64,000 nucleotides of DNA. Origin: Chloroflexota bacterium. Its GTDB lineage: Bacteria; Chloroflexota; Dehalococcoidia; Dehalococcoidales; UBA2162. The stretch lies in assembly GCA_043812795.1 (NCBI GenBank), contig JBDRLU010000038.1, forward strand, positions 2,129 through 66,128, written 5' to 3'. Position numbers and translations under genes: made by a program. This document shows positions 38,753 to 48,388 of this stretch, piece after piece. How positions within the stretch are numbered: position 1 is the stretch's first letter; each line of letters begins with the position of its first letter. The notes beneath the pieces were generated by a model that saw nothing but the letters and a program-made list of their open reading frames with translations, ran no database searches and was not told the origin of the DNA.

Positions 38753-38880
38753 TTTATGTTATACTTTAGCCCTACAAACGTTTACATCTTAAACACATTT
38801 TGTCGACACTTCACCGCAGGGAAGATTATGCGCGTGGTATGACTATCGTTCCTTATACGGTTTATTTTGCGGAGTCCTAA

Positions 38881-39345
38881 ATGAAGAGGAAAATACTTCT
38901 GTTGTTAGTAAATACTTTGGTGGCTGCCGTTCTACTCCTGACTGCTTGTGGTCCGGCAGTGAACACAACACCAAAGCCTGTACCTACACTAGAAAATACG
39001 AATTGGGTGCTACAGTCGTATGGCACGCCGGCAAATCTGAAATCTGTGCTAACAAGCGCTGACGGATTGAAAAATATTGAAATTACGGCAGTATTCGATA
39101 ATGCTCAAGGTCAAGTTTCGGGCTCTAGCGGTGTGAACACATACGGTGGCAGTTACGAATTGAAAGATAATAAGCTCTCGATCTCAGGACTTATAATTAC
39201 GTTGTTAGGAGGCCCTCAACCTCTTATAGACCAGGAAAAGGAGTTTTTGAAGTTGCTCCAGGCGGCTGAGAGCTATCAGATTACCGATGGTCGGTTGCAG
39301 ATAAATTGTGGTCAGCAAATGCTTGTTTTTACAGAGAAGCCATAA
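38881..39345 (+). CDS. META-domain (HslJ-like) lipoprotein
   Basis: Lipobox LTAC; LENTNWVLQSY, VSGSSGVNTYGGSY, DQEKEFLKLL. Confidence 0.85.
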   Translation: MKRKILLLLVNTLVAAVLLLTACGPAVNTTPKPVPTLENTNWVLQSYGTPANLKSVLTSADGLKNIEITAVFDNAQGQVSGSSGVNTYGGSYELKDNKLSISGLIITLLGGPQPLIDQEKEFLKLLQAAESYQITDGRLQINCGQQMLVFTEKP

Positions 39346-39525
39346 CATCAACCCTCCACCTAAACTGGAGAATAATACCTAAGTATTGGAATCCTATGCC
39401 ACCATCTAAATGCTGAGACTGAAAATCAAATCGAAATCCCTGCCAGTACCACCTATTGATACCCCAGTTCCATTTTATCCCCACCCTTCTTGTTTACCGG
39501 GTTACACTTCGTTTACAATTACTCC

Positions 39526-40248
39526 ATGGAAATAACTGCTTTAACCGTAGTTCGACACGAGCTAGAGCAGCAGGCGGAGACTAAGACCAAAGAAAGTTTC
39601 CGCAGGTTCTTCAAAGAGAAGGTCGTTGCCTATGGGGTAAAGACACCCACCGTAATTAAAATCGCTAGGAAGTACTTTCCGGAAGTAAAGCCTCTGGGCA
39701 AAAGACAGGTCTTCGCTCTCTGCGAGGAGTTATTTAAATCGGATTACACCGAAGAAGCCTTTATCGCTTCGGAATGGGCCTACTGGCTGCGTGATGAATA
39801 TGAACCGAATGATTTCACTGTGTTCGAAAGTTGGGTCGACAAATATGTTAACAACTGGGCTAAGTGCGACTCTCTGTGCAATCACGCTATCGGCTCATTC
39901 GTCGAAAAATATCCAGAGTATATCGAGCGTCTCAAAAACTGGACAAAGTCGGAGAACCGCTGGCTGAGGCGGGCGGCGGCGGTAACGCTTATCATCCCAG
40001 CCAAACAGGGCAAGTTCCTGAAGGATATCTTTGAGATTGCCGATAGCTTGTTACAGGACAGTGATGACCTTGTCCAGAAAGGCTACGGCTGGATGCTCAA
40101 GGAGGCCAGCCGGACGCACCAACAAGAAGTCTTCGACTATGTTCTACGGAATAATAAGCTCATGCCCAGAACGGCACTCAGATATGCCATCGAAAAAATG
40201 CCCGAGGATTTAAGACGTCGGGCGATGGAAAAGAATCGAGAACGCTGA
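39526..40248 (+). CDS. DNA alkylation repair protein (AlkD-like HEAT-repeat glycosylase)
   Basis: YGVKTP, NNWAKCD, ENRWLRRAA, DLVQKGYGWMLKE, MPRTALRYAIEK; likely start ATG 39526. Confidence 0.88.
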   Translation: MEITALTVVRHELEQQAETKTKESFRRFFKEKVVAYGVKTPTVIKIARKYFPEVKPLGKRQVFALCEELFKSDYTEEAFIASEWAYWLRDEYEPNDFTVFESWVDKYVNNWAKCDSLCNHAIGSFVEKYPEYIERLKNWTKSENRWLRRAAAVTLIIPAKQGKFLKDIFEIADSLLQDSDDLVQKGYGWMLKEASRTHQQEVFDYVLRNNKLMPRTALRYAIEKMPEDLRRRAMEKNRER

Positions 40249-40258
40249 TGTCCCGCCG

Positions 40259-41518
40259 TTACCGGTAGTGCAAGGCGTCAATCGGATTCAGTCTGGCTGC
40301 CCTGCCCGCCGGATAGATACCGGAGATAAGACCGATGATAACGGAGACAGAGACAGCTAAAATCACGATAAACGGTGAAACAACCGCATTAATCGAGAAC
40401 CCGATGTCCATGTAAGCAATTATCCAGGAAATCCCCTCCGATACCCCGATGCCACCAAGTACCCCGATGCCTCCACCAATGAGGCTGAGCGTGACTGCCT
40501 CAAGGAGGAACTGGAGAAGGATGTCCCGGCGTTTGGCCCCGACTGCCCGGCGGATACCTATCTCCCGGGTGCGCTCGGTGACGGAGACCAGCATAATATT
40601 CATAATGCCGATGCTGCCGACCAGCAAGGAAATACTGGCAATCAACCCTAGAAATACGGTAAGGCCGAGAGTGACCGACCCGAAAACTCCCATCAACTCG
40701 TCCAGACTGAGAATGGCAAAATCATCTTTTTCATCGCTGGCGATACGGTGGCGCTTTCTCAGGGTGGACTCAACATCGGCTCTGACCTGTTCCACTGTTT
40801 CGGCGCTGGACGCCATGACTGCAATCGACTGCACCGCATCTTCGCCACTGGGAGTACGCTGGATGAAAAGCCGGGACTGAAAGGTGGTAATGGGTACGGC
40901 AATAAGGTCGTCGAAGCTAACGCCGAAAAAGCCCCCGCCCCGGGCCGCCATCACACCGATAACTTTGAAGCGTATCTTCTGTATTTTGACGAATTGTCCG
41001 GTGGGTTCACGGCTCCCGAACAGCTTTGTCGCCACCTTGCTGCCCAATACCACAACATTATTCCTCGAGGCGACATCCAAATCAGAAATGAAGCGTCCGG
41101 TGCCCATCTCATAGCCGTTCACCACCAGGAAGGCCTCATTAGCGCCTTCGACTACGGAGGATATATTCTCGTTACCGTAAGATATCCCGACGAAGTTCTC
41201 ATTCACCGGGGCCACCCGTATTACCGAGGGGATATCAGCAATGGCTTCGGCGTCAGCCAGGGTAAGACTGGGTACGGCGTACCCGGGAGCTATCCCCGCT
41301 CCCCCCGGAGCATCCGGGTTTTGCGGTTGAACGTAGATAACATTTGTACCCAACCCTTCGAAGGTGGAATTAAGATAAGCCTGTAAACCACCTCCCAGCG
41401 ACATAAGGGTGATGACAGCACCGACGCCAATCATCAAGCCGAGCATCGTTAGTGAAGAGCGCAACTTGTTCGCTAACAGTGACCTGATAGCAATCGTCAG
41501 TGAAGCGATTATTTTCAC
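40259..41518 (-). CDS. ABC transporter permease (MacB/FtsX family)
   Basis: NKLRSSLTMLG, GIMNIMLVSVTERTREIGIRRAVGA, YPAGRAARLNPIDAL. Confidence 0.93.
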   Translation of the reverse strand: MKIIASLTIAIRSLLANKLRSSLTMLGLMIGVGAVITLMSLGGGLQAYLNSTFEGLGTNVIYVQPQNPDAPGGAGIAPGYAVPSLTLADAEAIADIPSVIRVAPVNENFVGISYGNENISSVVEGANEAFLVVNGYEMGTGRFISDLDVASRNNVVVLGSKVATKLFGSREPTGQFVKIQKIRFKVIGVMAARGGGFFGVSFDDLIAVPITTFQSRLFIQRTPSGEDAVQSIAVMASSAETVEQVRADVESTLRKRHRIASDEKDDFAILSLDELMGVFGSVTLGLTVFLGLIASISLLVGSIGIMNIMLVSVTERTREIGIRRAVGAKRRDILLQFLLEAVTLSLIGGGIGVLGGIGVSEGISWIIAYMDIGFSINAVVSPFIVILAVSVSVIIGLISGIYPAGRAARLNPIDALHYR

Positions 41519-41637
41519 GCCTGAATCACCCTCCGTTTTGGTACATCAACCTAATCAGTTAACCAACCGTCATTGTAACACAACCATAATCACCCATGAA
41601 AGCTTTATTTTCCCCGTCATTCGACGTCTCAAAAAGA

Positions 41638-44364
41638 CTAGCTCCGTACCTTTTGTCGCCTTCTTCTGACCCATTTTTCAATCTCAGGCACAAAAAATCC
41701 AGCCGGCAGGCCTACAAGCACAAACGGCCACCAGTATGCCGGGAACGGTGATGTCCGGAAAACGCTATTGAGAGCAGGTAAGTACACTATCAGCAGGTCC
41801 GCGATAAGGGTAAAAACAATACCGCCCAGCAGCCACCTATTGGAAAAGGGACTGAATGTGAACGCTGACCTGGTGGTCGACCTGGCAGTCATCACGTACC
41901 CCAGATGTACCAGAATCACACTCATAAATGCCGCCGTTTGTGCCTGAGCCAATACAATGTCCTCATTAGCAATGGCACGGTTTCCGAAATTCCAATAAAT
42001 GAGAAAACCGGTGGCAGCCATAATCAGTGAGACGAGCCCCACCCTTTCAAAAAAGAGGCGATTAGCCAGATTAGCTTTGGGGTCTCGCGGTGGAACGTCT
42101 AATAGACCCTTTTCTTTCGGTTCCATCATTAACGGCATGGTAAGAAATACCGAATCAAACAGATTTATCCATAAAATCTGTATCGGCTCCAGGGGGAGTC
42201 GTAGAGCAAATAAGGCAACAAACGGAGCAATCAGTATTGCCGCCATTATCAGTAAGGCTTGCCCACCATTCGTCGGTAATGTGTAAAGAACCGCCCTTTC
42301 GAGATTGTTCCACGCGTGTCTGCCCTCCTCGACCGCGGCCACTATGCTGGCAAAATTATCGTCGGTCAGGACCATGGCCGCCGCCTCCTTACTGACCTCG
42401 GTCCCCGTGATTCCCATGGCAATACCGATATCAGCGGCCCTCAAAGCCGGGGCATCATTCACACCATCGCCGGTCATGGCAACGATATGTCCTCTTTTCT
42501 GTAACTGGCGGGCTATTCTCAGTTTATGTTCGGGAGCTACCCTGGCATAGACCGACACTGTATCTACACGCCCGTATAGCTCAGCGTCACTCATCCGGCT
42601 CAATTCTTCACCGGTTAGAACCGTATCATCGGCGCTCTCGGTAATCCCCAACTGACGAGCGATAGCTTTAGCCGTCATGGCATGGTCGCCAGTTATCATT
42701 ATCGGCCTTATGCCGGCTCTCTTGCACTGGTGAACTGCTTCAATGGCTTCAACACGCGGTGGGTCAATCATACCTTGCAGCCCCAAAAATACCAGCCCTT
42801 CCAGATGAGCAATTTCGATAGCCTTTTGGTCTTTCGGCAGGATTTTCCGTGCCATACCGATTAACCGGAGACCCCATCCAGCCATTTCGTCAGCCTTTGC
42901 TAAAACCGTCTCGACTTTAACCGGTTCAATACCGGCATCGGTTAGCTGTGCCTGGCACATTCTTAATATCACTTCGGGCGACCCTTTAACATACAAAATG
43001 TTATTCGAGTCACCCTCATATAGAGTAGCCATGTACATCCTTTCGGAATCGAAAGGAATTTCATCTAATCTGGAATTACTATTGGCTATGCCTGCCGAGG
43101 CGGCACTGACCACCAGTGCCGCCTCGGTAGGGTCTCCGACGATTTCATAACGCCCATTACGTTCTCGCAAAGTGGCATCGCTGCAGAGAAGACCGGCTCG
43201 CAGCGTCTCGAAGAGTACTCGATAATCTGCCACTGGCATGATAGCCTTGCCATCTGAAGTGAACTCTCCGACCGGTTGGTACCCCGTACCACTGACTCGG
43301 TATTCCTTGTCTCCGGCATAAATTGCCACTACCGTCATTTCATTCTTGGTTAGAGTACCAGTCTTATCGGAACAGATGACAGTAGTGCTGCCCAGCGTCT
43401 CTGCCGCCGGTAATTGTCTTATCAGCGCATTTTTCCTGGCCATAACGGAGGCAGAGAGAGCCAGTATGGAAGTTACCAGCATTGGCAGCATCTCCGGCAT
43501 AGCCGCGACAATAAGGGCAATAGTAGCCAGGAAACTATATGAAAGGGTAAACCCGAAGAAGTATCCCAATAAGAAATTTATACCACCGAGGACGAAGATA
43601 GCTAGCATGAGTGTTTTAGTAAAATCAGCTACTTTTCGCTGTAGGGGTGTCGTCACCTTACGCGTCGCTTTTACCAGCTTGGCAATCTTCCCGAACTCGG
43701 TATTCTCGCCGGTGGCCACAACAATGCCTCTGGCCGAGCCACGAGTGACGAAGGTACCACTGAAAACCATACCCTGCTGGTCACCTGGCGATAAGTTAGG
43801 TCTTGGGATTGGCAGTGTATTCTTACCTACGGGCACGGACTCACCGGTAAGAGCCGATTCATCGACGGCCACTTCCCTAGTGAAGAAGAGGCGAAGGTCA
43901 GCCGGCACCCTGTTACCGGCACTTAGCAGGACGACATCACCCGGTACCAGCTCTCGTGTTGGTATAACTTTCTGCTCCCCATCTCTGATGACAGTGCATT
44001 CAGGGACAATCATCTGGCGTAAGGATTCAAGTGCCGATTCTGTTTTGCCTTCCTGTATAAATCCCAAGATAACATTCAAGATGACCACCCCCAGGATGAC
44101 GGAGGTATCTGGAAGCATATGTTCGCCCCGGAGGGTTAGAGTACCGGTAATTGCGGCCGCGACAAGCAGAACATAAACTAAAGGGTTATTGAACTGGCGC
44201 AGGAAGCGCTTCAAGATACTGGGCTTCCTAGACGTCAGCTCATTAGGACCGTATCTTTTTAGACGTTCAAGCGCCTCGTTCGAAGTAAGCCCAATGCTGC
44301 TGGTAGCTAGCTCTTTGATAACATCATCAACGGATAGCTGATACCAATTTCCCATGTGTATCAT
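41638..44364 (-). CDS. P-type (P2-like) cation-transporting ATPase
   Basis: TGES, DKTGTLT, KGSPE, DPPR, TGDH, TGDGVNDAPAL. Confidence 0.95.
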   Translation of the reverse strand: MIHMGNWYQLSVDDVIKELATSSIGLTSNEALERLKRYGPNELTSRKPSILKRFLRQFNNPLVYVLLVAAAITGTLTLRGEHMLPDTSVILGVVILNVILGFIQEGKTESALESLRQMIVPECTVIRDGEQKVIPTRELVPGDVVLLSAGNRVPADLRLFFTREVAVDESALTGESVPVGKNTLPIPRPNLSPGDQQGMVFSGTFVTRGSARGIVVATGENTEFGKIAKLVKATRKVTTPLQRKVADFTKTLMLAIFVLGGINFLLGYFFGFTLSYSFLATIALIVAAMPEMLPMLVTSILALSASVMARKNALIRQLPAAETLGSTTVICSDKTGTLTKNEMTVVAIYAGDKEYRVSGTGYQPVGEFTSDGKAIMPVADYRVLFETLRAGLLCSDATLRERNGRYEIVGDPTEAALVVSAASAGIANSNSRLDEIPFDSERMYMATLYEGDSNNILYVKGSPEVILRMCQAQLTDAGIEPVKVETVLAKADEMAGWGLRLIGMARKILPKDQKAIEIAHLEGLVFLGLQGMIDPPRVEAIEAVHQCKRAGIRPIMITGDHAMTAKAIARQLGITESADDTVLTGEELSRMSDAELYGRVDTVSVYARVAPEHKLRIARQLQKRGHIVAMTGDGVNDAPALRAADIGIAMGITGTEVSKEAAAMVLTDDNFASIVAAVEEGRHAWNNLERAVLYTLPTNGGQALLIMAAILIAPFVALFALRLPLEPIQILWINLFDSVFLTMPLMMEPKEKGLLDVPPRDPKANLANRLFFERVGLVSLIMAATGFLIYWNFGNRAIANEDIVLAQAQTAAFMSVILVHLGYVMTARSTTRSAFTFSPFSNRWLLGGIVFTLIADLLIVYLPALNSVFRTSPFPAYWWPFVLVGLPAGFFVPEIEKWVRRRRQKVRS

Positions 44365-44403
44365 TACAGATATGTTCCTTTTTCAGTATCTAGTAAACTA
44401 AAC

Positions 44404-44625
44404 CTATCGTTTCGGTAGTTGTTTCCTGGACAGGCGATTCCAGACCAGAAACAAGATAAGGAAAATGCCGGCAATGAGATTCAGCCATGCTAGCGGATAG
44501 AAGACTGTGCTACGGACAATAAACAGGTGGGTACTCCTCAGGGTATCCCCGTACGCCCTGAGGACAAAGAAATTACCGATAAGAATTAGGCCACTCGCCC
44601 ACGGCACCCAGAGTAATCTGCTCAA
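44404..44625 (-). CDS. Small two-TM hypothetical membrane protein
   Basis: 73 aa, two hydrophobic segments, basic C-tail; GGAAGG close before TTG. Confidence 0.55.
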   Translation of the reverse strand: MSRLLWVPWASGLILIGNFFVLRAYGDTLRSTHLFIVRSTVFYPLAWLNLIAGIFLILFLVWNRLSRKQLPKR

Positions 44626-44689
44626 TACCTTCCCCAGAAACCTAGCTCAAAATCATTTTAAAGCAAGCTTTGTCAAAAGACAATGAAGT

Positions 44690-44842
44690 TCAGCGGATAA
44701 TCCTGATGATAAGCAGAATAATGGGTGGAATAAGCAAAGACGTGAGCAGAATAACCGTTAAGTTCGCTCTGGCCAGTTGAGCAATCAGAGCAATTACTGT
44801 CGAGGCAACAGCATAAAAAATAAGGTCCTTGGCACTACCCAA
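44690..44842 (-). CDS. Small hydrophobic membrane peptide (50 aa; not in ORF track)
   Basis: TTG start: MGSAKDLIFYAVASTVIALIAQLARANLTVILLTSLLIPPIILLIIRIIR-stop; two TM-like segments; weak SD. Confidence 0.5.
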   Translation of the reverse strand: MGSAKDLIFYAVASTVIALIAQLARANLTVILLTSLLIPPIILLIIRIIR

Positions 44843-44906
44843 GATTCACACATCCGCATGCAATTATAATGCAATTATGTTACTCTAACAATAACAGAAT
44901 AACAAA

Positions 44907-45893
44907 ATGAACATCATCGAAGTTGAGACCCTATCGAAGAATTTCAAGCAACTGGCCGCCGTTGACAGGATTTCCTTTCAGGTGGCGGAAGGCGAGATAT
45001 TCGGCTTTCTCGGCCCGAATGGCGCCGGTAAGACCACCACCATCAATATGCTCTGTACCCTGCTGACCCCGACGGGCGGTAAAGCCACTGTCTGCGGGTA
45101 TGATATCGTTAAGCAGCGGAGCGAAGTGCGGCGCTGCATCGGACTCGTCTTCCAGGACCCAACCCTCGATGAGTACCTTACAGCCGAGCAGAACCTACGC
45201 TTTCACGCTTACGCCTATAAAGTCCCCGGGGAGACAAGAGAGAAGCGTATCGGTGAACTCCTGGATTTGGTCGAGTTGTCCGACCGTCGCCGGAGCAAGG
45301 TACGCACCTTCTCCGGGGGTATGAAAAGAAGGCTGGAAATTGCCCGGGGCTTGCTGCACAGCCCCCGAATACTCTTCCTAGATGAGCCTACCCTGGGGCT
45401 GGACCCGCAAACACGCCGCCATATCTGGGACTATGTCTTAGCCTTACGCAAACAACGAAATCTGACCATTTTTCTGACCACCCATTACATGGATGAAGCG
45501 GAAAACTGCGACCGCATTACCGTCATCGATAATGGCCACATTATTGCCCTCGATACGCCGGATAAACTAAAAGACGCCCTGGGCGGAGATGTGGTCACAT
45601 TGAAAGCTCAGGACAACAATGCCGCCGCGCTCGAGCTGAAAGAAAAATATCAATTGTCACCGCTCGTCCAGAACGGGATTATCACTTTCAGCATTCCCCA
45701 AGGTGAGCAGTTTCTGCCTAAACTTATCGGTAGCTTTAAAAGTCCTCTTCTCTCCATCGGTGTGCGCCGGCCCACTCTTGATGATGTATTCTTGAAGCTG
45801 ACCGGCCGTGCCATCCGTGATGAAGAAGCCGGCATGAAAGAGCAGATGAAAGGAATGGCGATGAGAATGAGAAGGGGAGGCCACGGTAGATAA
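44907..45893 (+). CDS. DrrA-type ABC exporter ATP-binding protein
   Basis: GPNGAGKTT, FSGGMKRRLE, LFLDEPT, TTHYMDEA, PTLDDVFL. Confidence 0.95.
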   Translation: MNIIEVETLSKNFKQLAAVDRISFQVAEGEIFGFLGPNGAGKTTTINMLCTLLTPTGGKATVCGYDIVKQRSEVRRCIGLVFQDPTLDEYLTAEQNLRFHAYAYKVPGETREKRIGELLDLVELSDRRRSKVRTFSGGMKRRLEIARGLLHSPRILFLDEPTLGLDPQTRRHIWDYVLALRKQRNLTIFLTTHYMDEAENCDRITVIDNGHIIALDTPDKLKDALGGDVVTLKAQDNNAAALELKEKYQLSPLVQNGIITFSIPQGEQFLPKLIGSFKSPLLSIGVRRPTLDDVFLKLTGRAIRDEEAGMKEQMKGMAMRMRRGGHGR

Positions 45894-45895
45894 CT

Positions 45896-46714
45896 ATGGC
45901 TGACGTATTTCGCGGAATGTGGGTAGTATCATACCGGGAATTGCTCCGTTTTATTCAGGAACGGTCTCGCATGTTTTCATCCTTCGCCATGCCTTTACTT
46001 TTTCTGGTCATCTTTGGCGCCGGTTTTAATCGCATCATCGGCGCGTTAACACCCGGAGTCGGCTTTATCCAGTTCATTTATCCCGGCATCATCGCCATGA
46101 ACGTACTGATGAACTCGGTGATGTCAGGCCTATCCGTTGTCTGGGACCGCGAGTTTGGTTTCCTGAAGGAAATCCTGGTCGCACCGCTGGGGCGGAGTGG
46201 TATCGTGCTGGGTAAGGCAGCCGGCAGTGCCGCCGTGGCAGTGGGACAGGGTATTATCATGCTCATACTGGCCCCCATTCTTGGCGTATCACTCACCCCC
46301 ATGCTGGTCGTCAAGCTCATTCCGGTGTTAATCCTGGTATCGGTATCCCTTTCCGGGCTGGGTGTTTTAATCGCATCACGCATGCGGTCACAGCAGGGAT
46401 TCCAGATAATCGTACAGATAATTATTTTTCCCCTGATATTTCTCTCTGGCGTATTTTTCCCAGTGAACAACGTACCCGCCTGGCTTGAAGTCATCTCCAA
46501 AATCAATCCGCTAACGTACGGCGTTGATGCCATCCGCCAGCTCTTCCTTGGCCCGGAGATAGCCGCCGGTGCCGCCATGGGGGGAAGCGGTTACGCCATC
46601 GGCGTAACCGTGCTGGGACACACGATGACCGTCCTTGAGGACGTATTGATTGTGGCTGTCTTCGGCGCCGTGCTGTTATCGACGGCTGCCTGGTCTTTCA
46701 GCAAACAGGAATAG
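45896..46714 (+). CDS. ABC-2 type permease
   Basis: PGII, WDREFGFLKEILVAP, FLSGVFFP, NPLTYGVD. Confidence 0.93.
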   Translation: MADVFRGMWVVSYRELLRFIQERSRMFSSFAMPLLFLVIFGAGFNRIIGALTPGVGFIQFIYPGIIAMNVLMNSVMSGLSVVWDREFGFLKEILVAPLGRSGIVLGKAAGSAAVAVGQGIIMLILAPILGVSLTPMLVVKLIPVLILVSVSLSGLGVLIASRMRSQQGFQIIVQIIIFPLIFLSGVFFPVNNVPAWLEVISKINPLTYGVDAIRQLFLGPEIAAGAAMGGSGYAIGVTVLGHTMTVLEDVLIVAVFGAVLLSTAAWSFSKQE

Positions 46715-46760
46715 TATTACCCCTCTTCACCCCGTTTTTCCCGCTTGATTGAAGCTAATC

Positions 46761-46886
46761 TTGCCAAACTGGCAATTCTGTCGTATACTATGGTAAATTA
46801 GTTCAGGTAGGTTATCACAACTCTTCGCTATCTCCTAAGTATTGGATGACCGGGGCTCTGACTAATGAAAAAGAGGAGGTCATTCA
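46761..46886 (+). promoter_or_regulatory. Promoter and structured 5' leader of the RNA-binding operon
   Basis: TTGCCA-17-TATACT; about 90-nt leader in which GGATGACC (46844-46851) can pair with GGTCATTC (46878-46885), overlapping the SD. Confidence 0.6.
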
Positions 46887-47186
46887 ATGAGTTTCCAGGA
46901 CAAATCACTCCAGTGTGCCGACTGTGGCGCCACCTTTACCTTCACGGCAGAGGAACAAGAATTCTACAAGACGAAGGGCTATACCAACGAGCCTAAACGC
47001 TGCCCTTCATGCCGTCAGACAAGAAAATCGGAACGCCAGGGGAGTGGCTCTTACGGCGCCCGTCGCCAGATGTATCCCGCCAAATGCGCCCAATGCGGCA
47101 AAGATACCGAAGTACCCTTTCAGCCTCGAGGTGACCGACCGGTTTACTGCAGCGATTGCTATCGCAAAGTCAAACCGAGCCGGTAA
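46887..47186 (+). CDS. Zinc-ribbon plus CxxC-x17-CxxC domain protein
   Basis: CADCGATFTFTAEEQEFY...PKRCPSCR and CAQCG...VPFQP...PVYCSDCY. Confidence 0.92.
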   Translation: MSFQDKSLQCADCGATFTFTAEEQEFYKTKGYTNEPKRCPSCRQTRKSERQGSGSYGARRQMYPAKCAQCGKDTEVPFQPRGDRPVYCSDCYRKVKPSR

Positions 47187-47256
47187 TGCCGGTTAATACG
47201 AACATTAGCAGAACCAGGCATTATCAACCCATATCCTGTCAAAGGAGGTGGGCATA

Positions 47257-47442
47257 GTGTCATTAGAAGTTTTCATACGTGGCGACGAGTCCCAGGAGTC
47301 ATTATTGCGCCGCTTTCAAAAAGAGGTGCAGATAAGCGGAATTCTCCGGGAGGCTAGGGACCATCGTTATTTTTCATCTAAAGGCGAAACAGCACGTTTG
47401 AAAGCACGTAAGAGCGCCCAACGAAGGCGCCGTTCCTTATGA
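47257..47442 (+). CDS. rpsU: 30S ribosomal protein bS21 (divergent)
   Basis: ESQESLLRRFQKEV..SGIL.E.R..RYF, basic tail; AAGGAGGT SD before GTG 47257. Confidence 0.8.
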   Translation: MSLEVFIRGDESQESLLRRFQKEVQISGILREARDHRYFSSKGETARLKARKSAQRRRRSL

Positions 47443-47533
47443 ACGAAAAAACCAAACGAGCGGTTAGTTTCACCAGCCGGCACGGAGGATATCGTCAGCC
47501 GGAACAGAAAAATTAAGCAGGAGGAGCGTCAAC

Positions 47534-47854
47534 ATGAAAATCTATGTAGGTAACTTGCCCTATGACATAACCGAGGAAGAATTACGTAAGGAGTTCCAGG
47601 CCTTTGGGGAAGTCGGGTCAGTAAGTATTCCAACGGATAAATACAGCGGCCAGGCGAGAGGCTTTGCCTTTATCGAGATGCCTGCGATAGCGGAAGGGCA
47701 GGCAGCTATCGCCGGCCTTAACGGAAAAACGATAAAAGAACGCACGCTTACGGTAAATCCAGCTCGACCTCGTGAAGAGCGAGGCGGAGGTTCCTATGGC
47801 GGTGGCCGCAGAAGCGGCGGGGGCTTTGGCGGAGGCAGGCGGGGTAGATACTAG
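47534..47854 (+). CDS. RRM RNA-binding protein with Gly-rich tail
   Basis: RNP2 IYVGNL, RNP1 RGFAFIEM, GGGSYGGGRR tail. Confidence 0.95.
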   Translation: MKIYVGNLPYDITEEELRKEFQAFGEVGSVSIPTDKYSGQARGFAFIEMPAIAEGQAAIAGLNGKTIKERTLTVNPARPREERGGGSYGGGRRSGGGFGGGRRGRY

Positions 47855-47980
47855 ATTCATCCGTGGTTCAGTGTGGCAATATTGTTCATCACCCGCAAAG
47901 AAAAGATGAGTAGTCCTGAGGCCCGAGTGATTGACCCGGACTCAGTCCTCAATTCACTTCATGATGAAGAGGTGGACGGT

Positions 47981-48313
47981 ATGAATATCTACGTGGGCAA
48001 CTTATCCCTGGAAGTCACTGACGATGACCTGCGCCAGGAATTCGGCGCTTTCGGACAGGTAATTTCGGTAACCATCATGAACGATAAGTATATTGGCAGT
48101 GGTCAAGCCAAAGGCTATGGCTTTGTTGAAATGATCTCAAAGCTGGAGGGTGAGGCCGCCATTGCCAGCCTCAATGGGAAGAGACTGAAAGGCCGGGTGA
48201 TCGACCTGATTGAAGCTCTACCCCTTTCCGACAAGAACGTTGCGGAGTCCTATCACGGTAAAAGAATCAGCCGGTTTAACGGAAGAGCCAGACAAAGGCA
48301 GCATTACGCTTGA
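47981..48313 (+). CDS. Second RRM RNA-binding protein
   Basis: MNIYVGNL, KGYGFVEM; start ATG 47981 after GAGGTGG. Confidence 0.9.
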   Translation: MNIYVGNLSLEVTDDDLRQEFGAFGQVISVTIMNDKYIGSGQAKGYGFVEMISKLEGEAAIASLNGKRLKGRVIDLIEALPLSDKNVAESYHGKRISRFNGRARQRQHYA

Positions 48314-48388
48314 ATAAATCAGTCATCCAGCCTGTCCTCAACAGTTAGCCCGCCTGATATTACACATATATTTCTACAAGGAGTCTTA

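Noticed and set aside
36577-39433. Shared GAAAATCAAATCG at about 36576 and 39421
   Set aside because: Short AT-rich match with no flanking similarity; compatible with chance
47873-47980. N-terminal extension of the second RRM protein
   Set aside because: The RRM begins at MNIYVGNL (47981) with its own SD; the extension has no support
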